From Octopus vulgaris (taxonomy: Eukaryota), in the NCBI GenBank assembly GCA_951406725.2, contig OX597830.1, positions 48,980,001 through 49,044,000 of the forward strand: 64,000 nt of DNA, read 5' to 3'. This document shows, piece after piece, positions 1 to 12,800 of the stretch. Every line of letters starts with the position of its first letter. Position 1 is the stretch's first letter. The translations under genes and the position numbers were made by a program. The notes beneath the pieces are model-generated. The model was not told where the DNA came from and did no database searches. It was given only the letters and a program-made list of their open reading frames with translations.

Positions 1-517
1 TGGTATACATACCCGGTGGTGGGGAAAACGTTGGTCGTATATTTCAATGATTTACCCTCCACTACGGGAGGCTAAATTCCCGGCTTTAGGAAGTTGATTT
101 CCGCTTATGATAGACAACGGAAGTTCTTAGCGATGATGTTGTCGATTAATCTATTGCTGACAAGGAAAATACACATACGAAAACTCTCAAAAAAGTTTAT
201 AGATTCCAGTTAAATGCGCAAATTCTTTCTATATGGTACCGGTATTTTGAAAGCGACATTTCTAGATTATCTAGTAACTATTCCAAACATTAAAGTAACT
301 TGAAGTATATAAAATTCGTCATAACAATTTTGAACTAAATGTTTATAGAAGGGTACACTAATATGGTATATATTCGTCCATTTTGTTTTCTATTAAAATA
401 AATGGGATTGCATTTTGGCAACCGAGTAACAATGAAAATTAGTTATTCAAATTATCCATAAGTTCCCGAACAATATCAAAATGATGCAACATGGAATAGC
501 CAAACAAATTGAGTAAA

Positions 518-518
<1 letters not shown>

Positions 519-602
<84 letters not shown>
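519..602. repeat. (CA)n microsatellite
   Basis: Uninterrupted CA dinucleotide run. Confidence 0.98.
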
Positions 603-608
<6 letters not shown>

Positions 609-1648
609 TACAGATCTTATATATATAGTAATTTACATACAATTCCATTGGGAATTTCCTGGAAATATATTTCGTGACTTCGTGTTCAAAAGAGAATTGA
701 TGGAGTTAAATTATTCAATGTTCTGAATGTAAAACTATTTGATTATTTCCGTGAAACCAGATAATATGTTATCGAGTATTTTGTATTCTTCAGCATTGAG
801 CCAAACAACGAAATATCATGTGTAAAAGGTAAATTAAAATTTTCATAATGGTCAAAACAAACAATATTTATATAACAAACGTACTAATTTTGTAGTTTAG
901 TTTAGCCAGCAAGGCTAAGGTCATAGTGAAACAAGAATATATATATTGGATATAAGAATATATATATTGGAAATCAAAGAAAGTAAAGGCTATTTATGAA
1001 AAGTAACGATAGATATATACAATTAGATGAACTGAGGTAGGAATAAAAGTAATAAAAGTTATTTTTGTGAATTGTTAAAGAGATTCAAAAGCATACCGGT
1101 TTCGTAAAATTACTGATCACTACTTTGAATACACACCGATTACCGAAGGATGTCGGATCTACTAGTGCCTGGGTAGAAAGATTATGTGCAAGGGAGGTAA
1201 GTAGTTCTGGATTTGGTGCAATTAAGGTAGATATAGATCTCTAATGTGAAGGCACATTTTGATATGAAACTCTTACATATCGTGTACCTTATGAACTGTA
1301 AACCAATTTCCATCATTAACTCTATGCTCTAGACACAAACACTTGTTGCATGCACACATACACAACACTTGCTAGCACTCACAACCCTCTAACCTTAACA
1401 CCTTGTAAATAAAATCTTTTCTCTCAAACAGTGGAGCGGCTTGTCGTCATTCATCTATATTCTGTTGGCACTGCATTGTATAAATTGTATTTATGGCTTA
1501 TCTTATTTCGTTAGGGATGCGACCGTGTGACTTACCTATGTCACCAACCTCCACATTCGGTCGTATTTCCTACATATGTATATATATATATATAAATATG
1601 CTTATACATACACACACACACACATACACACACATATATATATACATT

Positions 1649-1787
1649 GAATTTCATGTCTATTCCCTAGAGCGTAGGCGGTTAAGATATGTCATAACAT
1701 ACATCTGGAAGATCTTAAAGGGACTTGTCTCAAACTTTGGCATCAAGAGTTCCATTAAATGCTAGAACAGGGCGCCACTGTATAATA
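1649..1787 (+). mobile_element. CR1/L2-group LINE ORF2 C-terminal fragment
   Basis: Translates as FHVYSLERRRLRYVITYIWKILKGLVSNFGI and, after a frameshift, NARTGRHCII. This matches the 'LYSLERRR.RY..IY.WKIL.G.VPN' segment that follows the RT domain in CR1-group LINEs. Confidence 0.75.
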
Positions 1788-3579
1788 TGGACATTTCGGA
1801 CTAATGTCATCAAGGTTTCGTTGAATTTTGGAGGAATCGCAACCAATAACAGAATTTTAAAACGGCATTTTGGAAGGTTTGAGAATTTGCGGGTAGCTTT
1901 GTTATTTCTTGATAATTATTTTATATTTTTATTGTTGTAACTAGTAGAATCACGTGATATGGCCAGATGTTAGTGAATTTTAATTCCCAATCTTTCAATC
2001 ACATAAATATTTTACTTCTTTATAGCAACAGAAATCTCTTCGTTATTTTATTGTCTGAAATTTTAAGAGTGATCACGGAATAAAGTTTACCAGTTTCTCA
2101 GTCTGGCATTCACTAGAAAAGATTATAATAATTAGATCTTCAAAGGTTTAAGAATACTCACTTAATTAATGTTGGATGAAAACGGAACGACACTTACGAC
2201 ACTTCATTATATTTCACCATACAACGATTATAGATTAAATGTTAATCGTGACATCAAAGAAAAACCCAGATATGAAATGTGTGAATCGGACCAACACGAC
2301 ACTATAAAGAAGAAAAAAAATTATCACATTATCTTTATGGTCATCCATTCATCATATAGAGTGATAATTGTGGAAATATATGCTTCTAAAATTAGGCACA
2401 TGAACTTAGAATTAGGTTATTCGTAGGTTAGAAAATACGCGCAGATTGGGAGAGATGGCCGTTTGAAATATATAATTTTAATTTCAAAAGATTCCATAAA
2501 AATTTATTAGTGTTGTGATACACTGGTTTTATGACGTTTGTCTTGGAGTTAACTTGTTTTCTTTCCCTGTTGGTTGTCACTTGTAACTGACTGACTTGGT
2601 AAAAAATATATTATTCTTGAAATAAAACAAAGAAACTTCATGAACAATGGTGTTTTTCTTTTGTGGAACTGTAGACTAAAGATGCTGGCGCACTGTGACT
2701 GCAAAAATTGCAGAGTATTATTGCCAGGCCTGATGTACTGGATGTTGTTTTAACCTTTCTCTCTTGTTTTGTTTAATTCAACTGTGAAACTCATATTCCT
2801 TTCTTCATACCTTCTGCCATAATTAAGTAATTTGAGTCCGTTTTCGGTGTTTCGAGTCTGGGCTGAGGTCTTTTCATTTCACGTGAACGAAAGGAAGATT
2901 ACACGTCACAAAATGCTAATTTACAACTCTAAGAATTTGTCTATTGATAAAACAAAACAATAGTTCATTCTCACTTGAAATTTGCGAAGAAGAAATATAA
3001 CGTCAGGCCAACTTAACATTTACTGCCTACAATATTTACTATTCAAATATGAAATTACTTTAACTGCTTTTCAATAATCCAATAATCCAATACAATTATC
3101 TTAAGGTGCTTAATTAATTTATCATATGAAAGCTCCGAGTGTTTGCGTATTCACTAAAGGATTTGCAGGAGTACGAACATAAATTTCTCTTTAACAAACA
3201 CCCATTCATAAGGTGTTATTCTTTAATTAAACACTTTCAAGGTGTCTGGATAACTAAATTTCAAAAGACGTGGACTGATGAATGATCTCGCACTAATGTG
3301 TGGATCTAGCTTCAACTGACAAGAACATTTTGATATATAGACCTGACCATTTGCCATCAAGAAATGTGTTCGGTTTAGTGTTGTACAATTGTAAGTGGTC
3401 GAAGAAGGTGAAAGCTTCTATTTAAAACGTGTAAAAGTTACGAAGTCATAAGCCGACAACAATGTAACGTTTTAAAAACAACGAATTACTGTCTACAAGC
3501 AATGAGTGGTGTCACGTTGAAGCTAATCACCTACAAGAAACGATGTCTATTTATTTCACAGTTTAATAAGATAAATATA

Positions 3580-4105
3580 GATTTCAAATTTGGCACAAGG
3601 CCCGGAAGTTCGGGCCATGAGATACGTCAATTACATCAACTCTAGTGTTCAGCTTTTGTTCCCTCTCGAGCCATGCCTGGCTCATAAGGGCTGGTTTCCC
3701 GGTTTCCTTGGCGTATAGGTTCCCCACCTGGATGGGACGCCGATTCGTCGCAGGTGAGCTGCAAGATGGGGGAGGAAAGAGTGAGAGAAAGTAGTAGCGA
3801 GAGAGTCAGCAGAAGTTCGCCATTACCTTCTGTCGGAGCCGCCTGGAGCTTAGGTGTTTCGCTCATAAACACACACATCGTCCGGTCTGAGATTCGAACC
3901 CACGATTCCTCGACTGCGAGTCCGCTGTTCTAACCACTAGGCCATGTGCCTCCACGAGTGTTCAACTGGTACTTATTTTATCGACTCTTATTTTATCGAT
4001 GGTTGGCAACGTCCACCTCGGCGGAATTTGAACTCAGAACGTTAAGACAGACGAAATGCCGTTGAGCATTTTACCCGGCGTGCTAACGGTTCTGCCAGCT
4101 CGTTA
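3580..4105 (-). mobile_element. Family-A tRNA-derived SINE (older copy), interrupted by a nested SINE
   Basis: 3961-4105 is the reverse complement of the family-A head and core (cctcggcggaatttgaactcagaacg...tgctaacggttctgccagctcg). 3580-3654 is its tail (tttcaaatttggcacaagg). Confidence 0.8.
3655..3956 (-). mobile_element. tRNA-derived SINE (head + body X + tail P) nested in a family-A SINE
   Basis: Minus strand starts gtggaggcacatggcctagtggttag (A box) followed by ggttcgaatctcag (B box). Flanked by an 11-bp TSD agtgttcagct (3644-3654) / agtgttcaact (3957-3967). Confidence 0.88.
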
Positions 4106-4259
4106 CATGGCAATAGTTTTTCTGTTTTATCTTTGCGTTGGTTTGGTCTGAAGCGAGGGTCTTGGTCCATAGCCATCGTACACTCTCGTGACCAGTTTGA
4201 TTGATGTGGTTAGCGATGCTGTTGCGTAATTACAACTCAATCCCGGCAAGAAAAGAACA

Positions 4260-4820
4260 TATACAGGTAAGAAAAGTTCTAGAAAGCCAATGTCCTGGAC
4301 AGGGAAGACTAGATTTAATAATTAGTGTGAGAACATAATGAGTGACGGGAGGAGGAGAGACGTACGAGATGGAATAGCTTAAGAAAAGAGGAATAACTTA
4401 AAGGGGAAAATGAGAGCGGGCAGGTCTGGGAACTTGAAAAGACAGATTGAAAGAATAAGATTTAAGATGTCCGTATTTAACATCAGCAGTATCATTATTA
4501 CCATTCTATATTTGAGACAGGTATCCCATTATGGGTCTCACTTGAGTTTTGTAGAGGCCTGTCTTTCTTATGTTTAATACGTCAGTGAAGGCAAGGCTTC
4601 GCAACTGAGGCAATGTCAGGGTTCTAGCTGCCATATTTAAGGGGAAAATACATTGATGAAAGATAATTTTGAAGTCCTTGTTTCAGGGAGTCAGAAAAAT
4701 TTGGTACGAGTTGCCTTATGTTGTATGTTTTGTTTGGGTGCGAAAAGTTAAGATTTCCGCTATTAAAGCTTAACAGGTGTCAAACTTATCAAATTTAGAG
4801 TGTGAGCGATAGGGAAAAGG
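4260..4820 (-). mobile_element. Highly decayed CR1/Jockey-group LINE RT 3' region
   Basis: Minus strand near 4560-4510 reads LYKTQVRPIMGYLSQI*NG, resembling the 'LYKAQVRP.MEY.SHIW.G' motif. Boundaries are approximate. Confidence 0.55.
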
Positions 4821-5478
4821 GATATGCATGCATTTCCCGAAGAATTTCATGGAATAAACGGAATAATTGAATCCAGCGTCAAACTTACCTCTCATAACTC
4901 TCAGTCCTAGAACTTACGATCCGTAAAATTGGTTGTCTTTGTAGGTCAAGCCTGACTGAGAAGTTCTATAGACATTCCATCCGTGTTCATATCGTCAATC
5001 TTTTAGGCTGTAGATTACGACTACTAATTATGTAATGTGTCCTTCTTTCGTAAAAATGATATAATAATGTTTGAGAGGCTTGGCTGTTATTCCTAGTAGA
5101 TCGAGTTAAATGCTGAACTTTCGCTAAAGGAAGATTTTCTCCGTTAATTACTATGCTTCTTATGATAAGTATCCTTTCTTTCAAAAAGTGATTATCTCTA
5201 TTGGCTTGACGAGTCCAAATTATTCTCTGCATATGGTAAAAGGAGCCTTACGCGTTGCTTGGTCTGTTAGATGTACCAGCTTAATCTCACCCAAGTCATA
5301 TCCTACCATATTTAAAAAAAAATAAAGATACACTGAATATAAAACTGGTTGGTTATATTTGAAACTTCTTTGACCATATGTCTGATCTAATGGAGCTGAC
5401 TTGTGGTGGGTGGGAATAAACAACAATAACATCAACAACAAGCCTCGTATTCACACCTTTCTCTACTTTACGGTTATA

Positions 5479-5709
5479 AGGCGGCGAGCTGGCAGAATCG
5501 TTAGCACGTCGGGCGAAATGCTTAGCGGTATTTCGGCTGCCGTTACGTTGTGAGTTCAAATTCCGCCGAGGTCGACTTTGCCTTTCATCCTTTCGGGGTC
5601 GATAAATTAAGTACCAGTTACGTACTGGGTCGATATAATCGACTTAATACCTATGTCTGTCCATGTTTGTCCCCTCTATGTTTAGCCCCTTGTGGGTAAT
5701 AAAGAAATA
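5479..5709 (+). mobile_element. Family-A tRNA-derived SINE, monomer
   Basis: ggcggcgagctggcagaatcgttagc (A-box-like), gagttcaaattcc (B box), core gccgaggtcgactttgcctttcatcctttcggggtcgataaattaagtaccag, tail ending taaagaaata. 7-bp TSD ggttata at 5472-5478 and 5710-5716. More than 15 related copies in the window. Confidence 0.92.
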
Positions 5710-7134
5710 GGTTATACTGTTATTTACAACTGTAAACATTTCCATTTTGAGGCACCTATTTATTTACCTAGGTGAAACTGAGCTGTTGAAAGTTAAGTAT
5801 CCTGGTCAACCGTAGATAGCTATTTCTGCGACATGATACAACCAATCAGTCTCTGGATCCAATTGTCACCCCATTCACTCACTCGTCAGAAACCCTAATG
5901 AATGCCCTGAACTTCATTGTTACTCTAATCACAGATAAGTTATTGTTTATCCTTTTAGTGAAGCTCTCCGGGAAGTCTATTGCTCGAATCATTTAGATCA
6001 CTAAATCTTTCAGCAGTGAGTGTCATGTTTTTCTAAATATGGGTTACTACTCTCATATATACAAAAACACTTTTCTTTTTATCAATAGTTTTCTTAATCA
6101 TTAATCAATCAGATTTTTCAAAAATTACTCCACTCAGTCCATACATTACGGTGTACTAGAATACACAATCATAATCTCATAATTTTGCCAATTCTAATAC
6201 GCGTCTCTCTCTACCACTACTCTGGTGGACTTTCTTTCTTAGCTTCTCGGCTACACCCTTATCTTGATCTTGTTTCTTACTGTCCATGTCCAGTTTCTCT
6301 TTCTAAAATCTACACTATACATATTATAACGATCCTTTCAAGTTGCCTAGCTTCCTATGTCTTCTCGTAATAACCGTTAGTCCACATTAACTACATTAAT
6401 ATACCTGAGCTTTATACCTGCCTGATCCAAAACACCTTTTCAGGTAATATTCTTTCTCTTTTGAGGCCGATAAAAATCAGTATGTAACCTAAAGTAAATA
6501 ATTTACCATTTTTTTAAAACAGAAAACGTAGGCTTTAGAGACAAAGCAGCTTTTATACATTAAGTAGGTATCCACCATTAGGAAAGTTGATGCATTCGAC
6601 TCGGAATAAACGTTGTAAAGTTGTATATGAAATTAAATTTACAACTAAATGCATTTAGTGAATTTCATTGAAGATCAACATTGTTATATAGAATTAACAC
6701 TTTACAGGACAAAATACATTCTAAAAGCCAGAACAAAGAATCAGGCATAGGTTTTTAGCGTTTGATATGGTTTTAAGATGGAATGTGCTTCCTAATTGCT
6801 TTGATGGGTGAATGCATTCGTTTGATAGTCCTCGCAATGAATAGAAGAATGTAAACTAATTTTCTTAACTACTTGTCATTCTATGAAGCATAATAATATT
6901 CCAGCGGTTGGTTAAAATCCATTCCTCCGGCAGCGATACCTCTTGCTGCGTTCCCGTGAAGGCTATATCAACGTCATCAACAATCTATTTATTCTATGCA
7001 GCCATTCTCTATAACAACAGCCTGAGCTACTATAAATATATTTCGTCCACAAATCAATCTCTGCATTTATTAAGAAAAGCTTATCGATTACTCTTCAAAC
7101 ACAAAGCCAGAAGCATTCACATACACACACACGC

Positions 7135-7136
<2 letters not shown>

Positions 7137-7174
<38 letters not shown>

Positions 7175-7212
7175 TGTGTGTGTATGTGTGTGAGAGAGAG
7201 AGTGTGTGTGTA

Positions 7213-7243
<31 letters not shown>

Positions 7244-7412
7244 CAGTGTGTGTGTGTGTGTGTGTATGCATGTGTGTGAGAGAGAGAGTGTGTGTGTATG
7301 TGTGTGTGAGAGAGAGAGAGAAAGAGAGAGAAAGAGAATGAGAGAGATAGAAAGAGACAGAGAGAGAGAAAGTGTGTGTGTGTATGTATGTGTGTGAGAG
7401 AGAGAGAGTGTA

Positions 7413-7444
<32 letters not shown>

Positions 7445-7494
7445 TGTGTGTGTATGTATGTGTGTGTGTGTGTGAGAGAGAAGAGAGAGAGAGA

Positions 7495-7551
<57 letters not shown>

Positions 7552-7552
7552 A
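7137..7552. repeat. Compound (GA)n/(GT)n microsatellite
   Basis: Alternating GA and GT blocks. Confidence 0.97.
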
Positions 7553-7838
7553 AGTGGTATCGTTACTGATACAGGTTCATTTCTATTCACAAACATACAT
7601 ACCTGTACATAAAATCAATAATTCCAAAAGAAACAAAAAACATTTACAATGAAGGAAAAACCCATATTTTTTTCATTATTGGCATCGAGCATGTCCATTT
7701 TGATGGGTGGGGGAGGTAGCGTTGAATATTCTATGATGTTACGAAATAATGGAAATTGAACGACAACAAAAGAAAAACGAAACCTTTCTAAAATGAGTTG
7801 GACAACGTGACACCCGTTCGGTGTGTAAGATCACTGAT

Positions 7839-8167
7839 TTTTAGAAGACTCCGCCGGTTACGACGACGAGGGTCCCAGCTGATACGATCAACGGAACAGC
7901 TTGCTCGTGAAATTAACGTGCAAATGGCTGAGCATTCCACAGACACGTGTACCCTTAACGTAGTTCTCGGGGATAATCAGCGTGACACAGAGAGTGACAA
8001 GGCTGACCCTTTGAAATACAAGTACAACTCATTTTTGCCAGCTGAGTGGACTGGAGCAACGTGAAATAAAGTGTCTTGCTCAAGGACACAACGCGTCGCC
8101 GGGAATCGAACTCACAACCTTACGATCATGAGCCGAATGCCCTAACCACTAAGCCACGCGCCCTCAC
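7839..8167 (-). mobile_element. tRNA-derived SINE (head + body Y + tail Q)
   Basis: Minus strand: gtgagggcgcgtggcttagtggttaggg...gagttcgattcccgg...gtgtccttgagcaagacactttatttcacg. 12-bp TSD aagatcactgat (7827-7838) / aagaacactgat (8168-8179). Related to 57054-57361, 45688-46030 and 37352-37690. Confidence 0.9.
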
Positions 8168-8654
8168 AAGAACACTGATAAAACGGTCAAAGTTGCGTAT
8201 TATTAACACAATGTGTTTTAAATTATATGAGAGAAAAAAAAATACTAAATACCCATAAATATTGAGGTAGAATATGGTAAACATTTTATTCAACCGTTGG
8301 AATTGTTTATTAATCAATCAATAGTCTTTATCAATAAATCTTAACCATTCTGAAGCTTGGCTTATCATGAATGACTATTACGGTTCAACCAGAGTGCGAT
8401 AGAGGAATTACCCATTGTCTTCTAGATGAGAGATGGAAGTGTAAAATAAAAGGAAAAGAAAAGAGAAAGAGGAAAGATAAGGTTGAGAGGAGAGAAAGTG
8501 GGAAAGAGTTGGGGAGAGAGAGAGAGAGAGGGGGATTGTTACGAATGGGAAATATAAGTAAAATGAGATAACATCAAGAATTAAGATCGAATCATAAAAT
8601 CAACCACACCGGCATCGTTTTCTAGTTATCGTATTTTCAGTGTATTTCTTCCGC

Positions 8655-9219
8655 AAGGTGGCGAGCTGGCAGAAACGTTAGCACGCCGGGCGAAATGCTT
8701 AGAAGTATTTCGATTGCCGTTACGTTCTGAGTTCAAATTCCGCCGAGGTTGACTTTGACTTTGCTTTTCATCCTTTCGGGGTCGATAATTTAAGTACCAG
8801 TTACACACTGGGGTCGATGTAATCGACTTAATCCCTTTGTCTGTCCTTGTTTGTCCCCTCTATGTTTAGCCCCTTGTGGGTAATAAAGAAATGGGTATTT
8901 CGCCTGCCGTTACATTCTGAGTTCAAATTCCGCCGAGGTCGACTTTGCCTTTCATCCTTCCGGAGTCGATAAATTAAGTACCAGTTACGCACTGGGGTCG
9001 ATATAATCGACTTAATCCGTTTGTCTGTCCTTGTTTGTTCTCTCTGTGTTTAGCTCCTTGTGGGTAGTAAAGAAATAGGTATTTCGTCTACCGTTACGTT
9101 CTGAGTTCAAATTCTGCCGAATTTCGAGGTCGATAAATTAAGAACCAGTTGCGTATTGGGATCGATCTAATCGACTGGCCCTTTCTCCAAAATTTTCGGA
9201 CCTTCTGCCTAGAGTAGAA
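8655..9219 (+). mobile_element. Family-A SINE head-to-tail trimer
   Basis: One A-box head followed by units restarting at gtatttcg (8705, 8895, 9079). 14-bp TSD tgtatttcttccgc (8641-8654) / tgtatttattccgc (9220-9233). Confidence 0.9.
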
Positions 9220-9641
9220 TGTATTTATTCCGCTGAACTAAATGTTTCTTTTTGGAATATTATGAGGTCATAATTGAACTTATGTATTTAAAACTGGTAA
9301 CTAAGGAATATATCACAGATTTCAGAGTGGAACGAATGCAGTAGTCGCTGTTTGACCTAAAATATCTCTAAAACTACAATGTATCATCTTTTTAAAAAAT
9401 GGAGCTGCATCTGAGAAAGTAGGTGTTACTTTCTCAGATGCAGCACAAAGTTTTTTCAGTGAACAGGTCGCGGTCTCAAAGCGACGAAAATATTTTGACA
9501 AATTAAATTTAAATGTTGAAGTGAATCTAACAGTTTTTGTGTGTTTCTTAAATGGCTTATAAACACCTTCCACGCTGCAATTGTTTTCGTTCCAGCACAT
9601 GATCTCAGATCAGGTCACTTGCTATGCAAGTACATCTCCGT

Positions 9642-9666
9642 AATATATATATATACAGTTTATCTT

Positions 9667-9723
<57 letters not shown>

Positions 9724-9731
9724 TTTATCTT

Positions 9732-9792
<61 letters not shown>

Positions 9793-9795
9793 ATA
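9642..9795. repeat. (TA)n microsatellite with a duplicated interruption
   Basis: TA runs separated twice by cagtttatctttg. Confidence 0.95.
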
Positions 9796-10115
9796 CATAA
9801 TACCAGCCTCATTAGACGTATCAGACGTCAATGCATTACAGAAATATAGAAATATTTGTCATTTTCGCCTCACTCATCTACTTTTATCAAACTTCCACCA
9901 GAAAATTACTTCAGTCAACAACACGCTTTAAGATATCCACATCAATTAACTGCCATTAATCATAAGACAATTTCATATTTTATTGTTTAAAAGTCATGGT
10001 TCTCTTCGTCCAGTTTCTGTTTGATTGATGTGAAGGTTGAAGCGTTCAATGAAGGACTGAACAGAGGTCAAATCGATTGGGAGCCTGACAGAATTCAATA
10101 CTTAGTTCCGCCAGA

Positions 10116-10526
10116 GGATGGCGAGCTAGCAGGATCGTTTTATGTACTAAGTTCAAATTCCGCTGAGGTCGAGTTTGCCTTTCATCCTTTCCGGGGTCGA
10201 TAAAATAAGTATCAGTTGAATACCAGGGTCAACGTCATCGACTTCATCCCCTCCTCAGAATTGCTGGCTTTGTGCCAAAATTTGAAATCAACATTTACTT
10301 CCGCCAGAAAGGGGCGAGCTGGTTGAATCGTTAGCGTGCCTGGCAAAATGCTTTGCGGTATTTTGACTTTACGTTCTGAGTTCAAATTCTGCCGAGATTG
10401 ACTTTGTCTTTTATCCTTTCGGGGTCGATGAAATAAGTAATGGTTGAGCACTGGGGTCGATGTAATCGACTTACCTCATCTCCCCAAATTGCTGGACTTG
10501 TGCCAAAATTTGAAACCAATATTTTG
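10116..10526 (+). mobile_element. Two tandem older family-A SINEs
   Basis: Two heads (ggcgagct..) and two cores. The target motif ttccgccaga recurs at 10106 and 10299, and in degenerate form at 10527. Confidence 0.82.
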
Positions 10527-11350
10527 TTCTGCCTCTGAATTCAAATTTTATCTCAATCACCTTTTTTATTTTATTCTTTCTGGGCCCATAAGTGACGTCG
10601 ATGACTCGTTTATTTTCCTCTCCAATAAATAAATGACATTACGTAAATGTGAGAAAATCGATTAAAAAAGCGACCTCAAACTAAGCCAGCAACAGAGACT
10701 GAAGAGGGTGTTGACTCAAAGGTGGAAGAGAGAAATAAGGTTTCGTCCTTGTTCGAGATTAGATCTTTCTTCGGTGTGGCTTGGTGAGCACTGCTTAACG
10801 TCAATGTTTCTACTGAAAGAATACATATATTTGTATTCTAAGCTAACGGCTGATATCGGTTGACAAGGCTGCGGTATCATTTATGATTGCAATGTGGATT
10901 ATCACAAAATCAACAAGATGCTTTGCAACAGTAAAACTACCATCAACAATAGCAACCATATTATGAAGGTACCTTGCAGAAACAGGGAACAAAACCACGA
11001 TAGAAAAAAAAAGAGAAAAAGAAAAACGAAACAATAACATCAAAAGTAAACATGCTATAACAACTGCAACAACAATAACTACAACAACTATAAATATAAT
11101 GGTTGCATGAGTAAGTCCTTTTGCTATAATTTCCGGAAGAAAGAACGATTCGTTTTGTTGAAAGACTCCCTTTATCATTTCATACAATGTTTATGGCTTT
11201 CCAGCATTTTATTCTCGTTAACTTTCCACAATCGTATTTTCCTTCTATCAGCAAGCCTATATTTTACATTATTTCATATTAATATTGTTTTTCAATCTGA
11301 CACACACACACATACATGTCTGTTATATGACATATATATATATGTATATA

Positions 11351-11390
<40 letters not shown>

Positions 11391-11527
11391 TCACAATGTG
11401 CATCAGTATTCACATATTGAAACATATCGAAAGAATGCGAAAAAGAGGAAATTTCTGATAGAAAGCTAGTGACAATAAAATAGTTGAAGTACAAACAGTG
11501 TATCACATGATAAAAGGACACTGTGTC

Positions 11528-11725
11528 TATGTATGTATGTATGTATGTATATTTGTATGTATGTATGTATGTATGTATGTATGTATGTATGTATGTATGT
11601 ATGTATGTATGTATGTATGTGTGTATGTATTATGTATGTGTGTATGTATGTATGTATGTATGTGTGTATGTAAGCATGTATGCATGTATGTATGTGTGCA
11701 TAATATGTGCGTATGTGTGTGTATG
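11528..11725. repeat. (TATG)n / (TG)n microsatellite
   Basis: Tetranucleotide run decaying into TG. Confidence 0.95.
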
Positions 11726-11826
11726 CTTGTTTCAGAATTCGTGCCGATCACTAATAAAGTGGCAATCCTTCTTTAAGTTACGATGACTCTTGAGGTTTGT
11801 GGTTACTTAAATTGGTTGATATATGC

Positions 11827-12123
11827 CAGTGGTTCTCAACTGGGGTTCTATGCAAGCATAATAGTAAATTAGGGGTTCACAGTAGTATATTAAGGGTCTA
11901 TAAAAAAAAATAGATGTATTTATTGCTAGAAACAGCTAGATTTATTTCTCCACCCTTTTACATAGTTCAACCCATACAAGTTAATTTTTGAAAAAGAAAA
12001 TAAGAATTTTGAAAGAAGTATTTATAAAACTATTTTCTTAAACATCGAATGGCTGTTGGGATCCACGAGAAGAAAACTAATAATCCAAGGGGCCCAAAGG
12101 TAAAACATGGTTGAGAACCACTC
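11827..12123. mobile_element. hAT (Charlie-like) non-autonomous element / MITE
   Basis: Terminal inverted repeats cagtggttctcaac ... gttgagaaccact(c), about 297 bp. The 8-bp TSD is not preserved. Confidence 0.72.
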
Positions 12124-12229
12124 ACGCACACATATGAATATAGTACATGCATATATGTGTGCTTGTGGATAACCTTACATTCGAAGGTGTGCGTGTCACG
12201 ATAGAATGTCTATTTCATTACTTCTAGTG

Positions 12230-12800
12230 TATTCCATATGTATATGTGAGTGTGGGCATACTTTCATTCAGGATCTCAAATTGATAATCCCTGAAGTGTT
12301 TTACAGACTTTCACCATTCTTCTAATCACTTGTACCTGGAGAAAGCAAATTAGTTTGCTCCTTTCCCTTTTAAGAGAAGCCAAGCATTTCTAGATTTTTT
12401 TGCAAAACAGGTGTTACGTAACACCTGTAATTAGGGGAACAAATGAGCATTTATATCTGCGATATGAGAACTGTAGATTTCTCATAGATGTCCCGTCTTT
12501 CTGCAAATTTTCAAGAGATATTCATCTCTGTTGGGTAGCACCAAGTTTATTCTGTGTTCCATATATATTTATCTGACCTATTGCATACTAAATTGGTGAT
12601 TTTATTGGAGTGTCCTCTTGGTATTCTTTATTTCTAAAGTTGTAGATATGTAGGCAAGGTCTTCCGTTTCTTATACGTATGTTTTACTGTAGACTTTGAA
12701 ATTAACTTCTGATTTCGATACGTCAAAATCAGTTAACAGAGTTTTGCAGCGAGTCAAAAGTTGCTGATGGATTCATATTTCCTCCATATTGAAAAAAACA
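12230..12800 (-). mobile_element. Possible very decayed Ty3/gypsy RT remnant
   Basis: The minus strand gives broken motifs in gypsy order (RRPCLHIYN resembling DRYPLPHI; EDTPIKSP resembling EDIPKTAITTP). Many stops and frameshifts. Confidence 0.3.

Noticed and set aside
6880-6990. Possible minus-strand exon IVDDVDIAFTGTQQE
   Set aside because: The acceptor lacks a pyrimidine tract, the donor is weak and there is no recognisable homology.
7117-7612. ORFs with [20 protein letters not shown] repeats here and throughout the track
   Set aside because: Artefacts of stop-free dinucleotide microsatellites.
8655-9219. Regularly spaced repeats resembling a CRISPR array or satellite
   Set aside because: Units are ~185-bp SINE bodies without unique spacers. 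The context is eukaryotic and there are no cas genes.
9320-9641. Another possible Penelope-like tail with a hammerhead (cagtgaacaggtcgcggtctcaaagcgacg) abutting (TA)n
   Set aside because: The core is too degenerate and there is only one copy in the window, so it cannot be supported without a consensus.
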